Source of the DNA: Lingula anatina
Lineage: Eukaryota > Animalia > Brachiopoda
Length of the DNA: 64,000 bases
Assembly: GCA_051362555.1 (NCBI GenBank)
Contig: CM120643.1
Location: 26,602,848 to 26,666,847 of the forward strand
Direction of reading: 5' to 3'
Part shown: positions 24,627-38,800 of the stretch, piece after piece
Position numbering within the stretch: the stretch's first letter is position 1
How the letters are laid out: every line of letters starts with the position of its first letter
Made by a program: the position numbers and the translations under genes
Notes under the pieces: model-generated
What the model saw: only the letters and a program-made list of their open reading frames with translations
Told to the model about the DNA's origin: nothing
Databases searched by the model: none

Positions 24627-27600
24627 GAAAAAAATTGATCCTTCACACATTTAAAATCTAATTTTCAATTTCCCCAGATAATGTCAGGTCTACTATTTCT
24701 ACTTTGAACCAGTTGATCCCAAGCTACTTTGACCACGAGGGCTAGCAGACTAAAAAATTGGCACAAACTGTATGAATCACCCACTCATGAATTTTCCCAT
24801 GTGTTAGTCACAAATAACTTGCTGTCCAGTACAGTATCTTCCCATAACAGCCGTCTTCTTTATAGGCAACAGTGTACTCTATCATGAACTGACGTAATAA
24901 TCAGTGTAGTAGTAAATATTTGTTTGCCCTTATTATCCTATTTTCAATGGGACAACTCAAGCTGATCACTCACAATTTGCCTTTCCATTACAATACAAAT
25001 TTGCAAGTCATGTTTTACACTTTTTTTAGCTTTAAAACCATTGCTTTTATGTGGGTATTATTGTATTTCAAAGGCAACGAAAATACGTAACTTTATGAAT
25101 AGAACCATGATACACAAAGAAAAAAAATATATATATACATATATAATAATGACAGGAGATGCTTACAAGCTTTCTGTAACATATTATCATCCATAATAAA
25201 TCTCAAGCAGACTGATTACCTTCAAACTGATAAGATTTTGCAAGTCATATTTCTTTCTTTTTTTAGAAGCCACGCACTGATACCAAAGTATTTTATGGTT
25301 TTTCTTAAAAATTGAAATAAAAAATCTATTTCTAAGGAAATAGAAAATAAATTTGTATTGTCAAACATTTCTTGATAAAAATTTGTAGAAAAGGAATATA
25401 AGGTAAAAGATAAAAAACATCATTATCTAAAAAAAAAAAAACCTATAAAAAAAGAAAAGAAAAAATAGGTATTACTTTCTTGATCTAGAGATATAATGTA
25501 TTATTTACCAGACATCACACTCAAGTTGAATACTCTCTGATATAAGGACTCCCTAACATACTGTACAAAATCACCATGTGAGACTCTGTGGGAATTGCTT
25601 CACTTTAACAGTCTGTGATAATGTGACTGTCACACGAAACAATCCTCCTTTTGCTGGGAAAAGGTCTCCTCTGGGTAATATTTTAACTACAATAGTAGGA
25701 CCTAGGTACATGATGTTTCATTGTAAAAGGTCCAATTGAAAAAAAAAAACTTTTGAAACTGCTGGCTACGGGCCTGTATACTGAATAGAGATCATAGGTC
25801 TGGTTATCACTAAAATTACCTAGGAATGATTTGTATAATTCATTTATTGTATTGTAATATCATGGATGATTAAGGGATATCGGTCACAGAAGACTGCTCT
25901 TCCACGCTACATGGTTTATTGTTAAGGAACTTGTATAAAAATGTCTAATGAAAATCAAGAACCTTCAGCTGACTTGATTTCGTATCAAGTACATCTGAGT
26001 TATCCTATCTTTAAGGCAGCCAACTATTTTTAAGTGTTCACTTCATGTTGCAATTCAAAACTGTTCGTTCAATGGAATATGTGATATGTTCATAATTTGT
26101 TTTTTAAAAAAGTGAAATGATCTTGTTTTGATTTGTTTTGCTTTGTCATTATGGTAAACAGTTTCTAGTAAGGGCATATTTTAAAAGATTTGTTAACCGA
26201 TTTGTGATTTTAGAGGACAGAAAAGTGGGTGGTGGAGTAAAATGTGGATGAACACAAAAATTTCCCTGATCAATTTGCTGTTATCCCATTGGGTCTAAGA
26301 GCTTGTAAGTATTATGAAAAAATTTAAAGGGGGGGGGGGGGTTATGCAATGCGTTCGTAGATTTAGGCGTTACCAGAACCAACGATGCCTCACTACAGAT
26401 GCCATCGATAAGCTTTTTTGCATTACTATTTTAGTAACATTTCCAAACACAACGCCGGTGTAGAAACAATTACTATCCCATCATACCCATATGTGCGCCA
26501 GAACACTAATGTGTACCATATATCACATTGTTTTATGCGTCCGAATCGAAGCAAATTTTGTTTACGCGTTCTTGTTATACACTTGAAATCTTCTTCAGTT
26601 TTGACTCTTAGGGCAACGTTTTGCGCTTCTTAATCACTTACCCTTAGTGCTGCATTTCCCAGACAACGCTTTGCGTTCTAAAGCACTAATAAAATGTTTT
26701 CTTTCCGTTAGGAAATTTCCATCAGTGCCGGGGGTACTACATGATAGACATGGCTGTCCGAAAGTAGGTCAAACCAACAGGTGGCGAAAGACTAGTACTT
26801 CAAGATAAGCCCTGAAGTGCAGTGCACACCAGTTTTTAGAAAAAAAATTAAATCGACAAATGAAATTGTTCAAATGTGAATTTTGTTCACAGGCAGGCTA
26901 ATAGTCAGCAAAAATTAAAAACAGACAATTACGTCTATTAACTTTTAGGGTTTTTGAGTGTGGTTTTTACGGGGCTTGCGGTGTGTGGGTGAGGGAGGAG
27001 AAAGATAATCTGGAAAAGGTAAAGACACAATATGCTGTTCAAATTCAAACTCATTTTAATCCGTCATAATGTTATGTTAGATTTCATCACCCAAAAATTT
27101 GCATCAAATCTATATGGCACATAATTTTCATTCTGCACATTCTGCTGCTAACACTGGTGCATGTTCAGGTACAGTATCTGTATGCTGCAAATGTTACGTA
27201 TACATGTACATGTAACTTAATTTCTTTCACAATTGCTTCATAAAAACAACTACAACAACAAGTATAAACCATTTTTAAATGGCAGCTAATAGTAACAAAA
27301 ATATCATATTTTAAATACTTAATTTTGGAGAGCAAACAGTATTTTTGCTACATTAAAACTTTCCCTGATCAGTTCAAGACCATGTTCCACAGAAAGCGTT
27401 TCTCTGAGCCACTTCAGTGGCACACTTTGTGTAATATTAGCACATATTCCAAGTGATTTTCAATTAAATGCTATAAATTATAGTGCCCCCTAACATGGAA
27501 TGAAAAAACAGTCATTAAAGAGGCATATAAAATAGTTATGTTAACATTATACAAAATGTTCAAGCTTTAAACACGTGAAAAAAATGGAGCTAATAATAAA

Positions 27601-28768
27601 ATGTAACTTTTTAAAAATCAGGGTTGGTTGTGCTCATTAACCATCTCGTCAATTGTCAAAAAAATTTCTATGTTCAGTTCAGTTCTCTAAGGAACATCAC
27701 TAGAAATCTGCCAGTAACTCTTATAGAATTTTTAACGTGTATAAATGTAATGAAAACTATTTACTCAGTCAAAGTTTCTTCTGTAAAGTTAAGCATTTGA
27801 AAGATTATTTAATATGTACATTAGGATACACACAATTTCATATAAAATGTTACTCTTAAGAATTATGAATAAGTATAACAAATATCACTTTGTATTCCAA
27901 TCTCCCTAATACATATTTATATGAATCACAGTGACTCCAAGTTAAACATTTGTAAATCACAGCATAATAAGGACACTGTAACAGAGAGATACAACTTTTT
28001 TTGCAAAGTATTAGAAAGAAATTTCAATATATGCATTCAGATATACATACATTATGAACTGCTTAAGACTCATGAATACATTTTAGAACATTGCTTTGTC
28101 TTCAAATCATATTAATTACATACACAAACACACACAGAGATACATTTAATATATCTTAATTTTACCATATATATATTAGTACAATTTTCCTTAAGGAAAG
28201 AGGTTTAACCCTTTCTTGGTAATAAAAGTTGGAATCCTATTAATTCTGCAGAGTGACACTGAAATGATGCCATTTTTTAAAAGTAACTCAATTTACAAAG
28301 GAGCACTTTCGAGCCTTCTGACCATTAGAGGGCTAAATATTTTCATTTTAAATCTTTCAAGCTTGCATTTATTGATATCAAAGATTTAATATTTTCAGCA
28401 AAGCTATTACTATCTGCTCTTAAAACATATCTATCATACAGTATGTAAGAATACAGTCACATTCAAACAAAATTTTGTCCAGTGGCTCTTATAAAACTAA
28501 GATACATCTCAAGACCAATGTTATACAAAATATTTCAGGTTTGTCAACTGTAAAAAAAAAAAAAAAAGAAAAGAAAAGAAACAGCTTTTTGAAAGCCCTT
28601 CTATGATAGGAAGAAAAAAACAGCTTTATGAAAGTCCTGCCCTGATAGGAAGAAAAAAAAACAGGCTTTTTAAAAGCCCTGCTCTGATAGGTGAAACAGA
28701 AACAAAGGTTTCAGAAAATCCTGCTTTAACAGGATTGCGGTGCCACATCAAATGGCAGACAGATATAT

Positions 28769-29800
28769 TCAACTCTGTCCATGAACACAGTTTGATTGTT
28801 GTGCTTCGTTGTTATTCTCGATGATTCCAGGAAACAGGAAGAGTTGTGGCTCCGTCAACATACTTTTAAACAAGGACATCTGCTTCTTGTTCCCATCACT
28901 ATCCTTGTTCATCATCAGCTTATTGACCTAGATAAAATAAATAAACCATTAAATTAACAAGGCAGCAAAGCTGTCAAATGTACAGACAAAAAACAGAAAA
29001 TAAAGATGCAAAAAAGGTCATTTTGTCAATTTTGATGCAATAATAAATAATGCTTATAATAGCACTGTCAGTCAACACTGAATTTTAATCTTGCACAACG
29101 GGTAACATGGTCAATAACAGGAGCAGACCCAGAGATATTTTCTGACAGTATTACAAAGTATCTATGTTGATCCATCCTCCATTTTGATGGTCTTCCAACA
29201 TAAAAAAATAGATACCAGTCACTATAAACTTAATAACCTGACTGTCTTCCGGAAGACCCAGAAGATGGTATCAATCCACCCCTTCAATAAGATTACAGTT
29301 TCAGGACCATGAGAGTTCAAATTCACATTATGAAAGTCTCAATATCTGAAAAATGATGACAGTGCATAAAATAATATTACATAATGTTTAAAGACATAAA
29401 AAACAATACAACTGCTTATGTAGAAATACAGAAAATGTGCAGAGCCCCAGGCAGATGAGAGTTAAAAGTCACAAATGCAAGTGTTTGAGAAAAAATTATA
29501 AAGGAAAACAACAAAACTAGAAAAGCACTTTGAGAGTGCAGACCTCTGCCAAGGCAGCAATTGTTGATTATTATTGATAATTGATTGATTATTGATCCGG
29601 ACCACCACCAAAAATTAATCATTGTCCTCTTTGGCCCACTTCCGACAGTTCCTGAAAATTTCTGCAAAATTGGTCCATAACTTTTTGTGTTATGTGGATG
29701 ACAGACAGACAAACAGGGGTGAAAATATAACCCCCTTGGCAGAGCTTGAGGTAAATATAATTCCAATGAAGATGCTATTCAAACTTTTAATCTTCCAGTT

Positions 29801-29840
<40 letters not shown>

Positions 29841-32800
29841 GCTAGAATTCTATATCCCGTGTTTAAGGGAAAGTAATTACCACGTAGTCTCACATACTGC
29901 ATTCGGTGCAATTGCTATGTATTTGGTTGAGAAAATGATCTTTAGAAGAAGGAGATTCGTAAGTTGGGAGAGGTGCACACGTTCAGATTCACGGAGGACG
30001 CAACACTCGCACGTATGAAGAGGAAGTAGGAAAAAAGACAAATAAGTACAGTATGTATTTGCCCGGTCCTTTCTTAAAACTCATTTTATATATGTTGCTT
30101 GGTTACTAGACCTATTTTATAGCTCATTACGTAATTAGCATATAAGTTTGCAAGTAATGTAAAGGCATTTTAAGAACACGTGTTATAATGCATGAATGTA
30201 TTAGGCGTGGTTAACAAACAAACTTTGTCAGGCCTGTAAGTTTACGTTTATTTTCTTTCCTTAGGTATTGAGTATTTTTATCTCAGCTAGCTACATAATT
30301 TCATGAAGTTGTTTTATATTTATTACAGTGTCAGCAGACAAAGGTTACGGTATTTTGTCATGTTTCACAAGTCGAGGCTAGACAAGTCTAGTGAGTAGCT
30401 AGTTTATGTATGTTATCATTTAATTTTGGAATTAATTTGTTTCTTCTTAACTTTGTAATGCACTTATAAAAGAAATTGATTTAATAACAGTGACATTCAG
30501 TTATTATATAAGTAAGTCATATTGAAAAGGATCATGAAGTATAGATGTTAAGTATCTTTATTTATTATTATTTCAGAACGTATCTTATTGTAGTGGATCA
30601 ATAAAGGCTCAAACAGACAACCTGCGTTTGTTAAGATATTGGACGCTACATGCAGTTTAGACTTTTGCCTATCACGGAACAGACCTAAAGAAAGAAGAAG
30701 CTGATTTTGTACCAAGTCAATACCAAGTCAAGTCAACAAAGATGTCTGATTTAGAAGATGTAACCGAAGATCCAATGACTTTAAAACGTCTACGAGGGGC
30801 TGCTAAAGGTGTTGTGACACGAACCATAAATCAGATAAATTCATTTATGAGTAGCAATTTAGTAAAGGAGGTAGAAGAAGGGCTCGAAGCACTTAGTCAA
30901 GCAGTTAATAAGTTTGTTAAAGCCCATGAACGTTACCATGTAACTCTGAAGGACGAGGATGACATTGATGTCTCAGAAGGATATTTATCATCTGTGCTAC
31001 ATGAAGTTAGGGATTTTAGAGCTTCAACTTTGTCTTGGATTGGCAGGGTAAGGGAGAAACCAGAGCCCCTTGTTGAACAGCAAGCTGAAGAAAATGTGAC
31101 TTCTGTGCTCAGTCAGATTCTCAAGGAGATCAAACAGCAACGTGATAGCCAGGAGCAAAATAAACAAGAATTTTCGCGTCTTATAAAAGAGCAAGAAGAA
31201 AGGTTACGTGAGGAATTTAGATTAGTTAAGGAGCAGACCGACGTAAAGCCGCTTTTTCCAGAAACCACACAAGGTGAAAAGAGAATAGCAGCTGAATCAC
31301 CTGCTTCTGCAGCTGAGTCTTCATTGGCCCAACTTTTGAAATTATCACAACAACAACAACAAGCCAGCATAGAGTCTATGCGTCTCCCACCGGCAGATCT
31401 AATCAAGTTTGATGGAGATCACATAAAGTATTGGCCTTTTATGAGACTTTTCTCTTCAATGGTGGATAAAATGACAGTGACCGATGATGAAAAACTAACT
31501 AGGTTATATCATTACACAGTAGGCCCAGCAAGAGATGCTATATCCCCCTGTTTGTACCACCCGGATCCAAGGAAGGGTTTCTCAGAAGCGATGACAACTC
31601 TGAAGAGAAGGTTTGGCAATCCGTATCTGATTTCTCAAGCCTGGATCAACAAAGTTTTAAATCACAAATCAATAAAAGACAGTGCACAATTGAGAGCATT
31701 TGCCGATACACTTCGAGGGTGCCAAGATACGTTAAGTGCCATGAATTGTGAGGCAGAATTAAATACAGGACAATCTATGAAGAATTATTGAGAAACTTCC
31801 ATTAGATATGAGGAAAAAATGGTTAGAGAACAATCACAAGATCACAGCATTGGGCAAATTTCCGACTTTGAATGATGTGGTAAAGATGGTTGAAGTGGAA
31901 GCAGAGAAGAGGCGTGACCCTGTATTTGGTTCTTTGGTTGACATGTCACTTGTTTCAAGCAAATCGTCCATCAAGGCTCAGTCATTTATTGCTGAATCCA
32001 AAGCGTCAGAAAGTTTCTCAAGAGAAGGTAATCTGCCTGCAGCAGTCAGCAAGCATTGTATCAGATGCAGCCAAGACCATTGGTTGGACCAGTGCCCAGT
32101 TTTTGTGTCAGACAAATATGAAGAAAGAAGGAAGATGGTGTTAAGCAAAGGTCTGTGCTTCAAATGTCTTAAACCAAACCACACAGCACATGAATGTAAA
32201 TTTAAAAGGAACTGTGAAGTTTGTGGGAAAAGGCATCATACTCTTCTACATAGTTACAATAGTATGCCAAATGAGAACAATTCCTCTACCCCTCCACGTG
32301 CTGCTAATGGGTTTGTTGACACGGAAAATGTTGCAATAGGACTACCCATAGTGCCAGTGAAGGTGAAAAACCCAAATGGAAACAATGTAGTGCAAACGTA
32401 CGCACTACTGGACAGCGGTTCAAATTCCACCTTCTGCACTGAAGGTCTCAAGAAGAAACTGGGAATAAAGGGAAAGAAAACACAGTACACACTAACAACC
32501 CTAGAAAAAGAAGCTACCCCAGTGATTGGAGAAATTGTCAGCTTACAGATAAGTGATGTAGATGAAAACCATAGTATGCAACTGTCAACAGTATTAACAA
32601 GAAGCAAACTCCCTATATCATTAGAAGACAGGGCAACACAAGAAGACATCAGTGAATGGACCCACTTACAGGACATCCCCTTCTACTTTCACAAACAAGA
32701 TGAAACAATAGGGCTGCTTATTGGAAATGATAACTTTGAAGCATTAAGGCCCAAGAAAGTGGTTAGTGGAGGAGAGGGAGAACCATGTGCTATACAGACT

Positions 32801-35800
32801 GTACTCGGATGGACAATAAATGGCCCACTAAAACGGAAAGGAAAGACTGTGACTTCAAATTTCATAAGGAAAGATTCCCAACTTACTCAAATGTTTAACA
32901 AGTACACTGAAAGAGACTTTGAGGAAGTTAAAGGAAAAGAAGAGATGTCCAGAGAAGATATCAAGGCACTAGGGATATTCAAGACAAGTGTGAAATATGA
33001 AGATGGGCATTATTGCGTAGACTTACCATGGAGAGAAGAAAAACCTCTTGATAACAACATTGATATGGCAAGGAGGAGGCTGTTACTATTAAAGAAAAGG
33101 TTGGACAAGGACCCAGAGTTAAAGGTGAATTATGTGGGTGCAATGAAAGAAAACTTGAAGAAGGGATATGCTGAGAAAGTTATGACAAACAAAGATCAAC
33201 CGCAGGCATGGTATCTGCCACATTTTCCAGTATTCAATCCAGCAAAACCTGAGAAGACAAGAATAGTTTTTGATTGTGCGTCCAAATTCAAAGGAAGATC
33301 TTTGAATGACTGTCTGCTACAGGGGCCCGATCTTACAAGTTCATTATTTGGTGTGCTCACAAGATTTAGAAAAAATGAAGTAGCAGTAATGGGAGATATC
33401 AAAGAAATGTTTCATCAAGTGAGAGTTAGCCCAGCTCACTGTGACTACTTAAGATTCCTTTGGTGGGATACAGAAGACTTCAATGAGGAACCAGGAATAT
33501 ACAGGATGAAAGTTCACCTGTTTGGAGCCACGTCATCACCTAGTGTATGCAGCTATGCATTGCAAAAGACAGCTGAAGATAATGAAAAGGAGTTTGGCAA
33601 TGAGATTGCTCAAAGTGTGAAGGAAAATTTCTATGTTGATGATTGTTTGAAGTCGCTACATTCAGAAGAAGAGGCAATTCACTTTGTTACCAAAGTTACG
33701 CAATTGCTTGATAAAGGAGGTTTCAAGATTACCAAATGGATATCAAATTCGTCCAAAGTGTTAGAATCCATACCAGAAAGTGACAGAAATCCAAAGGTTA
33801 AAGACTTGGACTTAGAAAAGCTACCAATTGAGAAAGCTTTAGGAGTGTTGTGGGACACTGAGAAGGATTCATTTGGATTTAAGGTCAAGGTCAAAGAGAA
33901 GCCAGCAACAAGAAGAGGCATTTTATCCATTATCAGTTCTGTGTATGATCCACTTGGATTTACTGCACCATGTATGTTACAAGCCAAAATATTACTCCAA
34001 GATCTAGCCAGGGCCAAGTTGGACTGGGATGAAGAGATAAGTGAGCAGAATTTTAGGATCTGGCAAAGATGGCTGTCTGAAGTGCACAAGTTAGCCAAGT
34101 TTTCAAGTCCAAGGTGTTTAAAGCCATGTAAATTTGGTCTAGTGGAGTCATGTCAGTTACATCATTTTTCAGACGCATCACAAGTAGGATATGGAGCAGT
34201 TTCGTATGCACGACTGATGAATTATGACAAAGAAGTTAGTGTTGTTTTTCTGGTGGGCAAGTCCAGAGTTACGCCATTGAAAACAGTGACAGTTCCCAGA
34301 TTAGAGCTAGCTGCAGCCACTGTGTCAGTGAAATTAGACCAGATGATTAGGAAAGAGATAGATTTACCTATTGAAAAATCAGTTTTCTGGACAGACAGCA
34401 TGGCTGTGCTACGATATATACACAATGAGGATAAAAGGTTTCATACATATGTGGCAAATAGAGTTACAATGATTCGTGAGAATACTGATTTGTGCAATTG
34501 GAAGCATGTGTCTAGTGATATAAACCCTGCAGATCATGCTTCAAGAGGGCTCACAGCAAATCAGTTAATTCATGAGAATACATGGATTGCAGGGCCGGCA
34601 TTTTTGTCCAAGTTTGAAGATGAATGGCCAGCACAAGCTGTTTATGAAGGACAGTTGGACAGTGATGACCCAGAGGTGAAAAGGAAGGTCAGTACATGTG
34701 CACAGACAGCAGAAAAAACAGGATTTTTACACAATCTGATTCAGAAGTACTCCTCGTGGACAAAAACTGTGAGAGTTGTTGCCTGGATTTTAAGATTTAT
34801 TACTAGGCTGAAAGGAGCACAAAGCAAAGAAAGATATTTATCAGTAGATGAAGTTGACGAAGCTGAGATGATAATCATCAAAACTGTACAAAAATCATGT
34901 TTTCCTGAAGAGTTCAAATCATTGTCTGAAGGTCAAGGAGTACAGATAAAGAAGTCTAGCAGTTTATACAAGTTGAAGCCCATGATGTTCAATGGTTTGT
35001 TATGTGTTGGAGGAAGATTGGTGCATGCAGGGATACCAGAAAAAATGAAACACCCTGTAATATTGCCTAAAAAGCACCATGTTACACATTTGATTATTCA
35101 ACATTATCATCAGGCATGTGGTCATTCAGGGAGAGATTATGTTCTTTCACAGCTCAGAAGCAGATATTGGATAATCAAGGCCAATTCCACTGTACGTCAT
35201 GTTCTTCACAGTTGTCATGATTGTAAAAGAAGACAAGCTTCACCATGTGTCCAACAGATGTCAGACTTGCCTGAAGAAAGGGTTAAACCAGACAAGCCAC
35301 CGTTTACATATGTTGGGATAGATTATTTTGGACCCTTTCACATTAAGAGAGCAAGAAGTATGGTCAAATATTATGGGTGTATATTTACATGTTTGTCATC
35401 TAAAGCAGTACACATTGAAGTTTCAAGTGCATTGGATACAGACGCATTTATTAATGCGCTGCGCAGGTTTATCGCCAGGAGAGGTGCTCCAGAGTTGATC
35501 AGAAGTGACAATGGCACTAATTTTGTGGCAGGAGAACGAGAATTAAGGGAATCCATTTTATCATGGAATCAAGAAGCTGTTAATGACTTTCTAGTGCAAA
35601 AACATGTGAAATGGGTGTTTAATCCACCTTCTGCCTCACACTGGGGAGGAGTGTGGGAGAGGTGCATTAGAAGCATACGTAAAGTGCTATCTGCAGTGCT
35701 GAAGCTACAGACTTTGGATGTTGAAGGGTTAATGACTTTCATGACTGAAGTAGAATCCATACTGAATGGAAGGCCAATTACCACAGTCTCTGATGATCCA

Positions 35801-38800
35801 AATGACTTGGAGCCTCTGACACCGAATCACTTGCTTCTCCTACGATCAGTAAATAATTTACCACCAGGAGTATTCAGGAAAGAAGATTTATATGTCAGGC
35901 GCAGATGGCGTCAAGTTCAGTACATGGCAGACCAATTCTGGAAAAGGTGGATCAGTGAATACTTACCCTTATTGCAAACAAGGCAGAAATGGATTAAGCC
36001 AGAAAGAAATATTCATGTTGATGATGTTGTATTACTGGTTGATGATGTGTTACCTCGAGGAAATTGGCCTCTTGCCCGTGTGGTTAACATTTTTCCTGGA
36101 GATGATGGTCTTGTGCGCAAAGTTAGAGTCAGGACACAAAATTCCATGTTAGTACGACCTGTAACCAAGTGTGTGTTTTTGGAAGGTCAAAATGAAGATT
36201 AACATTGTTTATGATATAATCAAGGTGAATAATTAGACCTAAGGATACATCAAGTGGATGTGTTAAACAGTGTAAGGGATGTAGGCGGATCGCTGTCCCA
36301 GTGAGACTTGAAAATGTTATGTTTTTGATTATATTGAATGTTTTTTTTTTAAATAGTTTATAAGGGATTTCTCTTTGCTATACTTACAATACATTGTTTA
36401 TGTTATACCGTATTTGAATAATTAAGATCACTAGTAGCAGTTTGCTGAAGTAGTTAAAGATATATATGGATAGTTAAGAAGCATGGCATGCTCTTAAGGT
36501 GGAGGGTGTATGTAGTGGCTAGAATTCTATATCCCGTGTTTAAGGGAAAGTAATTACCATGTAGTCTCACATACTGCATTCGGTGCAATTGCTATGTATT
36601 TGGTTGAGAAAATGATCTTTAGAAGAAGGAGATTCGTAAGTTGGGAGAGGTGCACACGTTCAGATTCACGGAGGACGCAACACTCGCACGTATGAAGAGA
36701 AAGTAGGAAAAAAGACAAATAAGTACAGTATGTATTTGCCCGGTCCTTTCTTAAAACTCATTTTATATATGTTGCTTGGTTACTAGACCTATTTTATAGC
36801 TCATTACGTAATTAGCATATAAGTTTGCAAGTAATGTAAAGGCATTTTAAGAACACGTGTTATAATGCATGAATGTATTAGGCGTGGTTAACAAACAAAC
36901 TTTGTCAGGCCTGTAAGTTTACGTTTATTTTCTTTCCTTAGGTATTGAGTATTTTTATCTCAGCTAGCTACATAATTTCATGAAGTTGTTTTATATTTAT
37001 TACAGTGTCAGCAGACAAAGGTTACGGTATTTTGTCATGTTTCACAAGTCGAGGCTAGACAAGTCTAGTGAGTAGCTAGTTTATGTATGTTATCATTTAA
37101 TTTTGGAATTAATTTGTTTCTTCTTAACTTTGTAATGCACTTATAAAAGAAATTGATTTAATAACAGTGACATTCAGTCATTATATAAGTAAGTCATATT
37201 GAAAAGGATCATGAAGTATAGATGTTAAGTATCTTTATTTATTATTATTTCAGAACGTATCTTATTGTAGTGGATCAATAAAGGCTCAAACAGACAACCT
37301 GCGTTTGTTAAGATATTGGACGCTACAATATATATATATATATATATAACTTATTTGCAATATTAAACAAAATTTACCTGCATAATTATCACTGCTTCCT
37401 TATTATTAATCTAGCAGAGAGCTTTACCTTTGGGAGTTTACAGGGAAATATCAACAAGTGTGCTTTACGTAATCTCATTTAATGGCCTATTAAAGCAAAT
37501 GACTTTATAACTCTGAAATTAATCTAGTGATACCCAAGGGTAATTTACAGACTGACCCACTCAAAGGTCTTCAGGCCCATAAGTCACACCTTAAGAAAAG
37601 CACAAAACCATAATGCCCAAAATAGGAGACTACCAATCCTGATGCAATAATACATTATGTTTAACTGCACAGTCAACATCAACTTATGCACAACAGGTAA
37701 CACAGACGAAAGTAAAAGCATAAGGGTCCAGGCCCATCAGAGTTCAAGTTTATACTTAGAAAGTGCCAGAATGAGAAAAATGAAAATTTCACAAAAAATG
37801 CATAAATACAATAAACATGATAATCCAATAGAGCTGGTTTTCTCATGAGCTGAAGGCCAATCCTAAAAATCGTACTTGTAAGTTTAAAATTATAATAAGT
37901 AGCACAGTTTTCTTTTCATAATGTTTGCCGTAGCAGTGCAAAAAGATTGTTGTCAATTTTGATGTAACATTACATAATAAATTAGAGAATAATTATCACC
38001 AATTTTTGTTTATTGACTATAAATAGGATGGACATGTAGAAAATATGATTACCATTTGGCTTCATGTCCATGGGAGCTCCGAGTCCCACAATGAATATGC
38101 CAAAAAGATAATGAATATTACACTAAAATGTATAACTTCCAGAAAAAGAAGCCAATTAGACTGCTTTTCTAACTCAGGCTGCATTTTAGTCCTGTGTTTC
38201 TTTATTGAAAGTTTGACAGTCATAAGTAACACGGTTTTCCCATAATGGTCATCAAGGCAGCAGCACCAAAAATTGTGTTTTCTTCTATTTTGATGCAACA
38301 TTACATAATGCTTAACAGCATACTGACCATCGATTTTTAATAATAAAATATAAGTGTCATGGATTTTCACAAAATGTGACTAGCATGGGTCTTCAAGCCC
38401 GTGGAGGTTCTAAGTCACACCTTGGAAATGCCAATATGTGAAAAATTAAATTTTCACAAAAAACTGTTTAATTGCCAGAAAAATTTACCAAACAGACTGC
38501 ATTGCCTACTGAAGCTGTATTTTAGTCCCATGTTTCTTTCCTGTAAGTTTGAGAACAGTAAGTGACATGATTTTCCTTAAATGGTCATCATGGGAGCACT
38601 GCCCAAAATAGGGGTTTCTTCAAATTTTGATGCAATATTACATAATGTTTTACAGCATAATGACCATCAATTTTTAATTATAAAATATTAGTATCATGGT
38701 TATTCAGAAAATGTAACTAGCAAAAGTCTTCTGGCCCATGGAACTTCAAAGTCACATATTGAAAATGCCAAAATGTAAACAAGACAGCACTGTTCTGAAA

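Larger units (their letters stand above)
29834..37327 (+). mobile_element. Full-length BEL/Pao LTR retrotransposon
   Basis: 817-bp LTRs (29834-30650 and 36511-37327; TGTAG...CTACA) with 3 mismatches seen by eye. ATATA flanks within an (AT)n tract, and a purine-rich PPT precedes the 3' LTR. Domain order gag-PR-RT-RH-IN. Confidence 0.97.

Noticed and set aside
24357-26720. Additional upstream coding exons of the HAD-CHDH gene
   Set aside because: Splice-like sites at ~26641 and 24357-24454 may be 5'UTR exons, but no coding frame is supported, so they were not annotated.
28575-28730. Short degenerate tandem repeat ORF (28603-28824)
   Set aside because: It is a ~40-bp repeat in the presumed 3'UTR of the caspase fusion gene on the opposite strand, with no coding evidence.
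31770-31810. Programmed ribosomal frameshift between gag and pol
   Set aside because: There is no slippery heptamer, and the break falls mid-gag, upstream of the zinc knuckles. A mutation or sequencing error is more likely.
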